Source: Pseudovirgaria hyperparasitica | Taxonomy: Eukaryota | Strand: one strand, 5' to 3' | Length of the DNA: 64,000 bases | Assembly (NCBI GenBank): GCA_010093815.1 | Contig: ML996565.1 | Shown here: positions 25,588 to 38,680 of the stretch, one piece after another | How the letters are laid out: each line of letters starts with the position of its first letter | Position numbering within the stretch: the stretch's first letter is position 1 | The notes under the pieces: generated by a model | Told to the model about the DNA's origin: nothing | What the model saw: the letters and a program-made list of their open reading frames with translations, nothing else | Database searches by the model: none | Translations under genes and position numbers: made by a program

Positions 25588-26913
25588 CTTGTGTGTGATA
25601 GATGATTAGAAGGATATTGTTGACAAAGTGTTGATTTATGGGGTGGACAGAAAAATGATCGACCCGAACACCGTCTCAGGCCATATCTATATAACCCCCA
25701 ATTTGCGAAACCTCCGCCACGGTGCACCAGCAGCAATACACGATCAATCATGACATGGACGACTCCCGTCCAAAATATTTAGGATCGTCCAATGGCCGTT
25801 TAGCCATTGTGCCAAGTGACATCACTATTGGTTCTTTCCCCATACTTTCCCCGCACTATCCCTGTTCTTGACTGGTGGAGCAGTTCCAGTATACGGACCG
25901 TTGACGTTGACGAACTGCTTCGGAGCGCCTCCTATTGGTCGATCGTTGCGCGAAGCACTCTGGTGTGGAATCTGATCGTGCTTGCAATCTCCATTGAGGT
26001 GGACTTGGTAGTTATTGCTCTGATAGCCGAGTCAAGGTTGGACTAAGAAAATTGGTCAGAAAACAGAAAACTAGAATTAGGTACATGTAGATATTGGGAA
26101 ACCATTGATAGCCTATGTTCATAGGGCGAATGTAAGTGTCTGTTCAGATATATTCTGTGATAATTGGAAAGAGAGCCAGTATAGTGTGCTCAGACAAGAT
26201 TTCTGAACAGTCCCTGCGCCGGCACAAATAAGTATAATACATACAAGTGTTCTTCTCAACATCTACATCGAGATGTCGTGTGCTCATTGGCTACGCATCA
26301 TTCCTTGTACATTCGCGACTAGTGTGATTAGAATGTACCAGCATAACAGCATCATGCCTCACTTTCAAGAGGCACCGTATTATCATATTTCTATCAGGGC
26401 CCGCACACCGAACTTCTCGAAAACCCAATTTTTATAGCCCATTCACTTGTGTATATGGACTAAATGTGGGTGCATACTACTCAAGAATATTATAATTGAA
26501 GGGGCCGCCGATGACGGAAGGCATCAAATAGCCTGGAAGGCCAGATTCTGGTCAGGTCTGGTGAGGAACGCCGGAGGGACTTTCATGACGCACTGCGACG
26601 GAACGTGATCGTATAGTCAGTCTGGATTATGTATTGATTACTGAGCTGCACATGCTCCCTGACGATGTCGGCTTGTCAGCTTCAAATCTGATGTGAGCGC
26701 TAGCTCGAGATAGACTTTTTGGTTTTCATTCCAGATCTGGAGTTCTCTGGCTCTTCATACGAATCAATCATCGTGGAGAAAAAGGCTGGGTGTCTGCAGC
26801 ATCCGGATTGAGCGACGTCTCTTCGCCCATCCAATTCAAACCTTCCAAACGCCATGCTAACAAAAACGCTCACATCAGATCAAATCCTTGTCTACCACAT
26901 CACTTCATCTAAA

Positions 26914-29101
26914 TCAATCCTTCGCATCCCGCTCCTCCACAATTTTCGATTCCTTATTATCCATAAATCCTTTTTCGTCCGACCCACCGCCTGCTTGTGC
27001 CGATGCCCTCCGCTTGACGTCCTGCAACTCCGAGAAGTTTGGAAACAATCTATCCTGTGGCGGCGCGGTTTCCGCAATATCCATCTCATCCTTGTTTGCT
27101 AGTTTCTTCTCGTTCTCCGCCGACATCTCATACGCCACGAACGCCTGCGCAGAGAGTTCCACGCGGGGCTCGTCGGCACCCATCTCGAACTTGGAGTCCT
27201 CGCCAGAGGCTTCGTTGACCTCCGTGTTTGCGCCTGGGAACTCAGACTTCTCGGCACTGCCAAGCTCGATGGCAGAGTCGGGGGCCGCGGATGATTTGTG
27301 ATTCCGCCTGTATAGGAAGCATGCGAGTGCTGCGACAAGGGAGATGCCAGCGAGAGAGCCGACGACTGCTCCAGCAATGGTGCTGGGTTTAGGTTTGCTA
27401 CTCGGGCTGCTGGTTGGTTCGATCTGCCGAGTATACGTCATGACAGCTTCGAGAGCGGCGTTGTCATAGCCGCCTTCGGGGGAGGTGAGGGTTGCGCCAC
27501 CATCACCGGTACCGCCAATGGTGCTGACGATGAGGGAGGATACATTGTATGCAGGGTCGTCGGCGACAAAGATGGATCCTGTCGGCGATTAGTGAGATTG
27601 GCGAATGGCTGTTGCATGTGCATACCCCAGAGCATAGTGGAAAGGTCGAAGATGGCGACGCCGCGCTGCTCCCAATCGCAGAAGTCGTATGTGCTGTTTA
27701 GACTGCCACTGACGGTGAGGAGTTGTCGGTTGCCTACCACGGAGCATGTGTGGCCCCAGCGAGGACTATCACCCCCACTGATCTTGGTCCAGGTGAACGA
27801 AGGTATGGATAGAGCCCAGATACCATCGTAGAGCGTGATATTAGAGCCCATTGGATTGCGACCACCGTAGATGTAACTACATGTATCAGTAGAGGTACAG
27901 GTTGTTGCGGAAGTAGAGGCACGGACAGGTTATGAGACGAATTGTCGGGGGCAGATAGTGCAACTACGCAGCTATCGATCATTGGCGGAGGTACTTCACC
28001 AGTTGTCGATTGAGAGTACCAAGTGCCGTTGCTTTGCGGGTTGTGTAGGTAGGATGAGAGATCGAATATGTCGACCGAATCAAAGGTAGCCTGCTTGGGT
28101 ATTAAGTCATGTCGTAAGATGTCATAATTTGGAGCGGGAAAGTCAAACGTACCATAGTCTGCTCACGGAACAGTCCAACTCCGCCAGCTTCTCTGTAAGC
28201 TCCGCCCAGTGAAACCAGAACACCATCTTCTCCGACATTTGGAAGATATTGGAGTAAACCGCCCACCCGCGGGTACGAGTCCGGTAGACCGGGAGTGGAT
28301 ATGTTTGCAAGTGTTTGGTTATTGAGGTGAATAATGACCATTCCTGGGAGATTATATGTGTTGTTGCCAAGATACTGTGAGGCGTAGTATGATCCGATGT
28401 CTACCTGACCGTTCAGATAGAACCCCATACTCTTGTCAGTCGCTTCTGCAGACGCTCCATAGTTCGGTCTGTCGTCTAGCGAGTTCGAATATGGTAACCA
28501 CTCATTTGTGGCTGTATCATAAGACCAGAGAGGCGTTGCATCACTCTGAATCTGTTTCCAATTAGGGAAAGAGTTATTTCCCATAAAGGTTGTGCCGCCA
28601 TACACGTATATCTTGTTATCGCCGTCTGGACCGGCGAACATACTGCCACGGATGACGCCTATATCCGGCGTAAAATCTCCTGCAGGATTGGTCTCTTTCT
28701 TCCATGCTGTTTCGGTGATATTTGTGTACCAATTCCATGTCTCGTTCATACCCACAGTGATTAGGCTTGGATCTGAGTGCCGTGTTAGAGGGCAAAGTGT
28801 CCCCAGGCTTACTTGCACTTACTGATACCAAGTTGACTAGGCACGGAGGTACCATTCTGAGAGAAGTTGAGCCCCCCTAGTCTATAGGTCTGTATGCCAC
28901 CATCGATGTAAAGAACGCCATTCTTAACCGTGGCTAGAAACATGCATTAGATGACTGATTGGTAGGAACAGCTCCTGTACGCGTACATTGATGCTGGAAT
29001 CTCGAGCAGAAGTTGACGATAGGATCTATTGGGTTACTAGAGTTCTGTGCCGTGCAGAGCGCCACTAAAATGGGTAACGTAACGAAGACTAGCAGTGACA
29101 T
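26914..29101 (-). CDS. Type I membrane protein with an extracellular kelch/galactose-oxidase-like beta-propeller (multi-exon)
   Basis: Signal peptide MSLLVFVTLPILVALCTA; repeats LYIDGG, IYVYGG, GFYLNG, LVSLGG, YIYGG, WALSIPSFTW, PRWGHTC; TM segment IAGAVVGSLAGISLVAALACFLYRR; acidic cytoplasmic tail. Confidence 0.85.
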
Positions 29102-30890
29102 TCTGCAGTCCAAGACCTGCATAGCGGGCGTCGTCCTTTAGCGCTTCCGGAGACGGAACCCGTTTCGCGAAGCCGTGTCGGAAAAAGCCTAAGCACTGGT
29201 ATTCGGGCAACACCTTGACATGTCTATAGAAAGGCACGCCTTGCAAGGTCGGTCCGCGATGACAACAGAAATGAAGTTGTTATAGTACACAAAAGGTCCA
29301 GCTCTCAGTCAGGTCTAGGAGACGAAGGCGGGGGCTCGCTTTTTGACTACCAGTTGTGCACGATTTATGTGAGCCAGCTTTATCGAGTTTACGCCAGTAG
29401 TATAGTTCTGTGGCGGGTTTTACAGCGGGCACGTCCATCGTAAACGTGTGGAGGGTGTTCACGCGAAGCCAGTAATAATCCTGATAAGTGGAACAACCTG
29501 GCCCATGGACGGGACGAGGTGCTACCTCTGCATGATCAGGCTAGGATTAATGAAGCAACATGCCGCTCAGCTCGACTGTTCTGGGACAGATATGGTGACG
29601 ACTGGGAACAAATACGAGTTTATTTGCTTTTTACAGTCGGCTTGGGAAAAATATGTGCTTACTGAGCAGTCTGATTTCCGGGATCAACCATCCTGGCTCC
29701 GCTGCTGGTGGACCTTATCGCTGACAGCGCGAACATGAACAGGTTTTCCCTAGCTCTCTTCTCGAACGTTAGCCGATGACAGCTCTACGTTGAGGCGGTG
29801 GGGACATTTATCTGTCGCAAGTGATCAATGTTTGTTTAGTCTTACAGCAATTTTGAATGTCAGCTCGCTAGGTGGAGTCGCGAAGTGGTGGTCTGCTGGC
29901 TCTGGCGTGGGAGTTGAATTGACTAGTGTGGTAGGAAAAGCTAAGACTTCTTCCACCTTGTCCGATGGTGGCCGTGTTCGTGATGACTGGTCTAGTCGTG
30001 TGAAGAATGAAGACAGCTTATACGTCTGCACTTGATCTGAATAGATGTCTCGGACAAGACCAACTGATTGGGTGACTCCGACACCTCGGCGCGGGTTGCC
30101 GTGTCTTGCTTGTAGTCAATACAGGTGCAACAGCGACGATGCAGGATGTCATGTGAGGCTGATAGTAATTCGGGATTGACTCCGCCATCAAGCCGGCATA
30201 TGTGGTACGAATGACATGGAGCGGTTTGGTGCTTTAAATACTGATGGGAAACAGTGTCCGTGGCAACAATGCATTGTTGAAGGGCAGAGGCAGACAGCGA
30301 GAAGGGAGCCCGATGATGGAAAAACAGGTGTCTGAAGAAGTGCATGAATCTCGCTAAATTTCAAGATGTTGAGAAGGCGGTGACGATTTCGCTACCCAAT
30401 TTTCATGGATCTAATTAATTACGTAGCATGATTAGTTGGCTATGTTTAGCTTAGACCTGGGGCGTGCGGGGTTCAGCCATGGATAATTAGCCAAGACTCA
30501 GCTAAATCTAGCTGAGGCGGCGGAGGGTAGTCATTGTACTCCGCTAATTCATTATTAGGGAGTCAGCCATATTTAGTCGAGGTGGCTATAGTGGCTATGC
30601 AGTAATTAGAGATTGTGCGAGCAATGTTTGGCCCTCGCACACATCTCCGTGGTATCCATTAGTGTAAGATCCATCAGTCTTAGTAATTAGTGGCGCGCAA
30701 TTGTCACGACATTCAATTAATTATTACCCGAAACAGCTGTATCTCTGTTTGCGGTTCATGTAACCTATTATTACTTCCTTCTCGTTGACCTAACCCTCTA
30801 TCAACGTCTAATCCGTCTATCATCTCAGGTACCTTATAAGATCTGAATACAACAAATGAAAGATATGTAGGTATGCCCTTATGACATTGC

Positions 30891-32713
30891 TCATGACGCA
30901 AAAAGCAATTTGCCCAAGTTCAGCCGCCCAGACGCTACGCCACCTGCGACAGCGACAGCACTCAGTAAACTCAACACAACCGTAGTGTTACTTATCATGG
31001 TTTCTTCATGCACCCTTCCGATTCTCGACTCCTTCTCTTCTGGTAGCGCATTCACGCCGTCTCCTTCCGCAACATAGTCTTTCCAGTCAACCTTGGATAA
31101 CATGTTCTGGTACTCCAGCACTGTTCCATACCAATTGTTGGTGATCCGCCCACTCTCGTTTTTATACCAGGATTTACACCCGGGATCGTTGAAACTCGTT
31201 CTTTTCAGGATTTCCTGTGCCTTGTTGTTGAACTCGGCTACTCGCTCTTGTTTGGGATACAGAGCAAGCTTTCTGCCGGATTGGCGAGCCTTTAGAACAC
31301 GCCCAACCAGCTCATTCAGATACCTCGACTGCGCTTCAATCATGAGAATGATACTATTGTGCCCCAGATTGGTGTTGGGGCCGTAGAATATACCAAAGTT
31401 TGGCGCATCCTCGACTGTCACGCCTTGGAACGCAGTCGCCCCGTCCTTCCAGATATCGGAGAATGGCCGTCCATTCTTTCCATATATGTCGATCGGGTAC
31501 ATGAACTGTACAGTCTTGAACCCAGTGGCACAAACAAGAAGATCGAACTCTTGTTCTTCACCCCCGTCGACTACGACTCCCTTCTCTGAGATTCGTTCAA
31601 TTTTCCGGGTTTCAAGCGAGCAGTTGTCTCTCGCCAGAGCCGGGTAGTAGTCGTCACTGATTATGATCCGCTTGCAGCCTGGCGCATACTCGGGAGTAAG
31701 TTTCTTCCACATCTCTGGTTGATCCGGAAATTCTCGTCGCATAGACTTCTCGCATTCCGATCTGAACAATTGAGACATTTCTGACTCTTTGTCCGTCACT
31801 GCTTCGTGACTACTCTCTCGAAAGTCCATCATCGCCGAGCGCACACGCTGAAGGACTCCCGGAACGTATTTATAGACAGCCTTCATATATGCTGGCGTCG
31901 CTTCGTCCAAACGCGGCACGACCCAATTTGGAGTTCGTTGGTAGACTGTTACCTGAGACGCGACTTTCGCAATCTCAGGAATGATCTGGACAGATGTGGC
32001 ACCTTTGACTCGTCAGTTATAGACACAACATATGCGACAGTCACGGTGACTTACCATTACCTATCACGCCTATTCTCTTTCCTTCCAGGTCGTACGTCCA
32101 ATCCCATCGCGCTGAATGCATCATCTTGCCTTTGAAGCCGTCAAGTCCGGGGATGTTCGGCATTTGTGGTGCGTTTAGTTGCCCTACCGCTGACACCAAA
32201 AAGTCGGTCGTCAACGCGTACGTCGCGCTGTACTCGCCATCTTTCCCACCATCCACACTGACATGCACCTTCCACTTCTTTTGCTCTTCATCCCAGCGGG
32301 CCGACTCGACAGAGCTGTTGAACCTGATGTGCTTAAGAAGGGAGTATTTCTCTGCAACTCCGATAATGTATTCCTGTTTCTTGTCAACCATTACATTCTG
32401 GTGCATAACCAAAAGAGATACCCACAAGAAGCTCCTCTTGGCCTGGATACAATCTTGACCAGTTGGGATTCTGCTCGAAGCTATAGCTATACAATATGCT
32501 AAAGACATCACAGCAACAGCCGGGATACTTATTATCACGCCAAGTTCCGCCGATTCCACCACTCCGCTCAAGGATCACAAAGTTCCTGCAGTTGTTGCGC
32601 TTGATGAGGTCGATTGCCATGCACAATCCGGAGATGCCAGCCCCGATAATCGTCACAAAAGGCGAGCTATAGTCATTGTTACCGACCGGTAACTGTGGCC
32701 ATGGTTTGGACAT
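30891..32713 (-). CDS. Flavin-binding (Baeyer-Villiger type) monooxygenase, 3 exons
   Basis: IIGAGISG, GGTWRDNKYPGCCCDV, BVMO fingerprint FKGKMMHSARWD, second Rossmann motif VIGNG, PGCKR, ATGF, YGPN. Confidence 0.93.
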
Positions 32714-33954
32714 TCTCGCCGGAGGGTCAACACGGATGCCAGGGGATCAGTGGCGTGAACGTCGAGGGGAACGGGTCTGTTGCCTCGAATGTTTGCAACA
32801 CGCAGTATAGCTACGGCGGAAAAGCGATTAGACACGTCAGCTGCGGGAATTCTTGCGAATAACAAACGCCCTGCGAGCGTCATTTGTACAAATCGCAAGG
32901 TCGGTTATCTGATCCCGGTCTCCCCCTCACCACTGGCCATCCCCTCGGTTGTCACTATATCCGTGTAGTTCAACTAATATGTACTGAATGCACCACATAC
33001 CACCATGTGGATCAAACGCGTGGCGAACCGTTCTGATGGGCTGGCCAAAAATGAAGATTATCACTGCAACTACTGCGTTTGGTATCACAACATGAGTGGG
33101 CTGATGGCCAATCTGGTAGAGCAATGATTCAGACGACCGCCTAGTGGACGGCACCGTGGCCTTTGCCGCGCACGGCTGTTGTTGCGTTAAAGAAAGTATC
33201 ATCGAACGACAACCTTAATTAGCGCATCCAAAATCCTTTCTAGGTAGTGATCTTTAGCATTGAAATCTTGGTAATGCTAAAACTAATGCCGCGTATCTCC
33301 GCTGTAGTAGTGACATCCTTCTGGGTATGCAATCCCTAGACAATCTGTTGGATTTGGAGACCTCGTGGAAGCTTTGCATATTGCACATTGCATGAACGGC
33401 CGGGGAATTTTGCCCGATGCCATTCTATATTGCGCTCGCTATATAGGCAGGCTGCTGGATAGAGTTCAACTTCATTTCATTAATTGACGAGAATAGTATC
33501 ATTTTCTAATTGGTACATAGTCGCAATTTAAGACACGCTAAAGCTACGACTCGGCCAATCGGTAGCAGTCGGTTTGCTGGTAGATCAATCACATGAATGC
33601 CCTCCCTCGGCCCTCCACTTCCTATGGTATACACATATAGATATAGATATATATTCTTCTACAGGACGGTTGCTTAGCTCTAGCACCGTATACTCCTATG
33701 GTGATTGTTTTTAATGTTTCGGATCTTTCGGGGTTTCTCAGGGTGATATCTGATACAACCTAAAGCACTACCTGAGCCGCTCCTGTCGAAGGTCCGCCTT
33801 CTGCCCACGCTGCCATATTATTATTCCTTATCTATATTTTAAGTGGACTAGATACTATTTACTCATTTTCATATATTATGATAGTAACGATATATAGTAT
33901 ACTCTGACTAACCGCGACTATTTTTCTATAATTTTCTCTTTCATTTCCTCTTCC

Positions 33955-35181
33955 TTAAGCATCAAGATTTACTAGAGGTGGTCTAGCGGGTAACCATTCT
34001 AATTTTCCGCCCCCGATATCATTTAGATTTAGTCCGACACCCGTGGTATATAAGATAGATAGAATACAGTAGAATACTATATAGTATTAGTAGCCGCTGT
34101 ATATATGCCTTATAGAACACTTGAAACTTACTAAAACTATTTGTGTTTGTAGATGCGTCGTCGGCTGAAGCCTGCGAGAGTTGCAGAGTATCTTGCCAGT
34201 AATCAGTTTGATCTTCAGCTATATTAATCTATTAGTATATGTAATATTACTATAGAGTCATCTAAGCTTACTTGGGGGGTACCGTGTCTTTAGTAGTATC
34301 TTTAGAAATGTACAACCTAAAGCCATTTCGATGATATTATCCAATGGAATGTCCTCCGGGTGATAGCCTGTCGCATATTCCTCGGGGCTTACGTTAGAGG
34401 GCCTCACGCCACGAGGGCCATCCTCGGCATCATATATATTTGGAGGGCGACTGAAAAGATAGTCGGGAGGGTCGGCGTAATTATCCCCACACCATGTGAC
34501 CAATTTTACATGAGACCTTCTTACACGTGGTTCGTCATGAAATATCAGCTCTCGGTGCCAATCATCGCAACGAGGCGGCGGACCTTCCTTTATCGAATAA
34601 GATCCGGTTATCGGATCAAACCAAAGTTCAACCTCAGAGTCAGAGTCAAAATCAGAGTCAGAGGTGAGTAGTTCATCGGGAACGCGTCCTCCGGAAAAAC
34701 GTCTTATCTCCTCAAGGGTGGACGGCCTCCAGCGGTTGGTATCACAAAAGATAATAAGATCTGCTGCATTCCACCTGACCTCTCTTAGTCCGGCGACCTG
34801 GCCTAAAACTCCGAGAACTGCGTTTCGGATTTCGAGATGGCGACTTCTGTCTGGGTCCATATGTTCGGGAACTCTGGCTCGGTATACAGGATCTAATGGA
34901 CTAAAGATCAGATTCCATGCCTCCCGAAGGTATTTCGGGGGTCCATCATCTCTTAACATGCTCTTGAAAGCTAGTCTAGCCATCCGTTGGGTCTCGACGA
35001 GACTAGGTCGGTATGTAAAGCGAGTGCATGAGATTGGATCAAAGCCATAAGTTCTAGGTACTTGCGAAGTACGAAAAGAACTAGTAGAAGGAACCCCCGG
35101 CCGTGGAACACGTACAGCCGCTAGCGAATAAGAAGTAAAGAGTGTTATAAGAAGCGTTCGTAAAAGCATAAGAGAATGCAT
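33955..35181 (-). CDS. Secreted protein, paralog A of a zincin/M35-like family (exons 35181-34272, 34218-34132, 34076-33955; ~372 aa)
   Basis: Signal peptide MHSLMLLRTLLITLFTSYSLA; motifs TYGFDPISC, ETQRMARLA, ADLIIFCDTNRW, LWFDP, GPPPRC, VTWC, LDNII; two phase-1 GT-AG introns give an in-frame W...ADDASTNTNSFIFYCILSIL. Confidence 0.75.
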
Positions 35182-36819
35182 TTTACTTCCAGAGATTGAT
35201 CATAAAAGCTCTTTTTTTTTAGCATGAAAGAGCTTACCGCGATGTTATAAAATGCCTGGTAATCAATCAGTTCACCATGTCACTAGAAAACCATCAATCG
35301 CGCATGGTTCGCCTTGGTATTCTATATATATGTATGGATAAGTTTTTCTTAAGTCTGAGCCAGCGTATTAGGTGCGTATTAATAATATATATTAGACAGG
35401 AGGAGTGAATTGCCCGAGTGGGATCGCTCTAGTCGTGATCAAGGATGTTTGCTATGTACATAGCGTGGACTGCTACTATTCATAGTACCAATACTGTGGA
35501 TCGGATTCGACTTACCCGAAGTCAACGTTAAACGAGGCCCATTCCCTGATTCACATTACCCCACTTTCAATCGCCCTCTTACCTAAGCCAATTGCTAAGA
35601 TCCGACATTAATATCTCTATACTTGCTCTTTGTCTCTTGCTTGTATCTATGTATCTAACCTTTGCTTCCGGAGGGATAGCACGGAAGGCTTGAGGGTCTA
35701 ACCTCTCCCGCAATATCGTGTGCAAGACCACCAAGTCCTGGATCATTGGTATGCTAGAAGTGCTAGTCTTCCAACATGGTGATTACGGCCCGCTTCGTTC
35801 ATCAGTTCAACGGCCAGCTTCTTCTACTTACCTCTTGGAATCGAGCTTGGGTATGTCGAGGCCGGAGATATTAATGAGAGAAAGAAACGAACTCTTGTTG
35901 ACAGCGGGTTGTGGTGGTAACTAGTGGCTGCGTTTGAATCGAAGTAATATTCTGTATGATGCAATGGGGTGTGCTTAGTAGGCGATATGCATACTAGTCT
36001 AATAGTTTAATAAAGACTACATTCATCAGCTGTCCTTGGTTACTATAGACCTTACTAATAACTCTTGTTAGCTAACTCCAGAAGCCTAGACTTGGACTCC
36101 TACAAACTTAATCAAAGCTACATTATCGATGCACTTTTCATTGATCATCATGGAAGCCAAGCTAGAAGAAAGCTTTGGGTTTGAGAGGCTCGAAAATCAG
36201 GCGACAGTCTTTGGCCGGTGTACATCGGTAGATTTACGAACTCTAGAAGATTAGCTTACTAATGCTTTAGACAAAGAGATCGATCATCAAGTCGTAAGCA
36301 ATGCTTTGAAATGAAATGATGTTCTTCTCCCGCCCCCATTTCATTACAATGGAATAAATAGCAATTTAAACATGGGCTTGAGTTTTAACAATCGTGGGCA
36401 TGTCCGTTGACGAAGTAGAGTCTATACCGCGTCACTTGAAGAAGTTAATCAAGGTGCTCATATCCTTCATTGAGGGATTTTCCGTCATTTTGAATTGGGA
36501 CGGAAGTGAACTCACCGGGCCGATTTAGTCGACAGTCGCGGCTTGCCTTCAAACCTCGAAGTCTTTTTACCATGGGTATCCTAGCAGGGCCTGTAGGTAT
36601 TCTCTCATAATCCACTGTCTAGATCCACGTTATCGATGTATTCAAGAGGCGTCCTTTAGAGATCATAGTCGCCTACATTATCTTACATCAAACCTCATTC
36701 ATACCTATGTAAAGACTATCTTTGGATAATATCAAATTAAGCTTGTGGAATTCATGGTATATATAGAAGTGACCTAGCTTGATCGCCCCTTCGAGTACGC
36801 CCGAAGAGCTAAGAGTTAG

Positions 36820-37420
36820 CTCTATACTTCTATAGTATTTATATTCTTATCTTACTCATGTTATTAAACAGTAGATTAGTAAATAAGAGATATATATTAA
36901 AAGATAGAGAGAGGGAGCTCCTTTTAAGCTATGGATCTCTTTCAATGTAAAAATTTCTAGGGATATAAATGTCTGTATATCGTTAAGAGGGACGTCTATT
37001 TTACTACTATCTTTTGCCTATAACATATGTCTATAACGTTCTTTAGTATTACTCTTAGTACGCGTCTATATATTAGTTCTTCTATCTCTTACTAATGAAA
37101 TCTTATATTAATATATTTCTAATACTAAGATCGAATAAATTCTCTAAATATAATATTATTATTCTAAGAAAAGCTTCTATTAATCGATCTTTTAGTTAAA
37201 GAGATAGACTATAATATAGGTCTAAATATTATTAAACCTTCTTAAGTATCGTATGTTATCTAGGTAGTTTAGGAAATACTTTTTAGATACAAATACACAT
37301 ATATCTAATATTTTCTTTAAGAGAGAGATATTAAATAATTAAGGATTATAGATTTCTAGAAACTTTTAAAAAAGAGGATTAGTACGCGTAAGTAATGTGT
37401 TAAGAGTAGTACTAAGATAT
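36820..37420. other. Strongly AT-rich, TpA-rich, CpA/TpG-poor block (RIP-degraded repeat relic)
   Basis: Visibly very low GC, dense TA dinucleotides, no ORF of 60 aa or more; contrasts with the GC-balanced flanking genes. Confidence 0.65.
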
Positions 37421-37591
37421 TCATCCTTGCGTGATTTCTAGGTTGTTCCTGAGGTAAATTTTAAGATTTTCACTCAAAGACTAGTATGCCACCATTGTCT
37501 ACACCTAGATAACCTAGACTATTCATGCATCGCTTTCTCTTCTTTATAGCACTCATGTACCTGTCCACTACTACTCCGTTCTAATTCTACA

Positions 37592-38680
37592 ATGAGAATA
37601 TTCTCTTCTATGCTCCTTTTCGGAGTGTTTTTTACGTCTTCTCTAGCGGCTGGAACTTATGCCTTACATAAAACATGCACTGATGAGTATCCACGTCTAC
37701 GGTACATACTCTTAGAAGCTCAGGGTATGGCTCGGTTAGCCACAGAAAGCATAGAAAACTGGGATGAAATGTCGGATGAGCTTAAGCATGGCTTTGAGTT
37801 CATTTTCGAGAGACGAAGTTTTAATGATGGCATCCAAGATGAGGAGAGTAAAGAGGAGGAAAGTCCAGGACCTCGCGTAACCGAAACCCCGCGGATGTTT
37901 AGAACAATGGTATCACAGATTTTTAAACGTGTCGACGATTTTCAGGAAACTGATTGGGAGTCGGGAGAGATTCATATATACTGCAACGAGGATCGATGGA
38001 GGGAACTACAGGACGATGAACAGTACGATGATAGGATAAGGCGACATTTTCCCAATGGCAGCATCCCGGTCAACCTACGCAACTCTAACCGTCTACCTAA
38101 TGATCGGCTCTGGATTGATCGTGAGAACGGTTATTGGCACAGGGGTCCACCAGAGTGCTCCCATAGTAGCACCCTTTTTGGAAGATACGAGGACACACCG
38201 TCTAGGGGCCCATACGGGATCACCATAACATGGTGCGCAAAAAATTGGCCCCACGGCCAACGATTTCTCATTGATCTCCTTTTGGAACAGGAAGATTTCT
38301 CTACTACTACGATTGATAACATACTTTCACAGCATTTAAGTCCTGTGTTCTTATATGGGCTACTACTTACGCCGCGATTTGACCGTAAGTCATGCTTTCC
38401 TTCTTTCCATTATTCATAGTCCTTCTTCTCATATCCTAGCCGTACTAATAACACATTAGTACGTGAAATGACTGCTGGCTGGGCAGGTAGTAAAAGGTTA
38501 TCGGCGGAAGAGGCCCTTATCAATATTGGAAGCCATGGTAGGTTATAGTACTCACTGGGCAAGAGTGTTGACTAATGCATCATAGTATTATTTGGTCTTT
38601 TGTCCTTTTTGAACGAGTTACATGTTTTTATTGATGAAAAGCATGCCAGACTAGGGTATCTAGTGGAAAAACATGATTAG
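37592..38680 (+). CDS. Secreted protein, paralog B of the zincin/M35-like family (exons 37592-38384, 38460-38537, 38586-38680; ~321 aa)
   Basis: Signal peptide MRIFSSMLLFGVFFTSSLA; TYALHKTC, EAQGMARLA, GEIHIYCNEDRW, LWIDRE, RGPPEC, ITWC, IDNIL; splicing yields LREMTAGW..SAEEALINIGSHVLFGLLSFL..EKHD*. Confidence 0.8.

Noticed and set aside
33729..33742. GGGTTTCTCA matching part of the MITE TIR
   Set aside because: Only about 10 bp, with no partner TIR or internal homology; consistent with chance.
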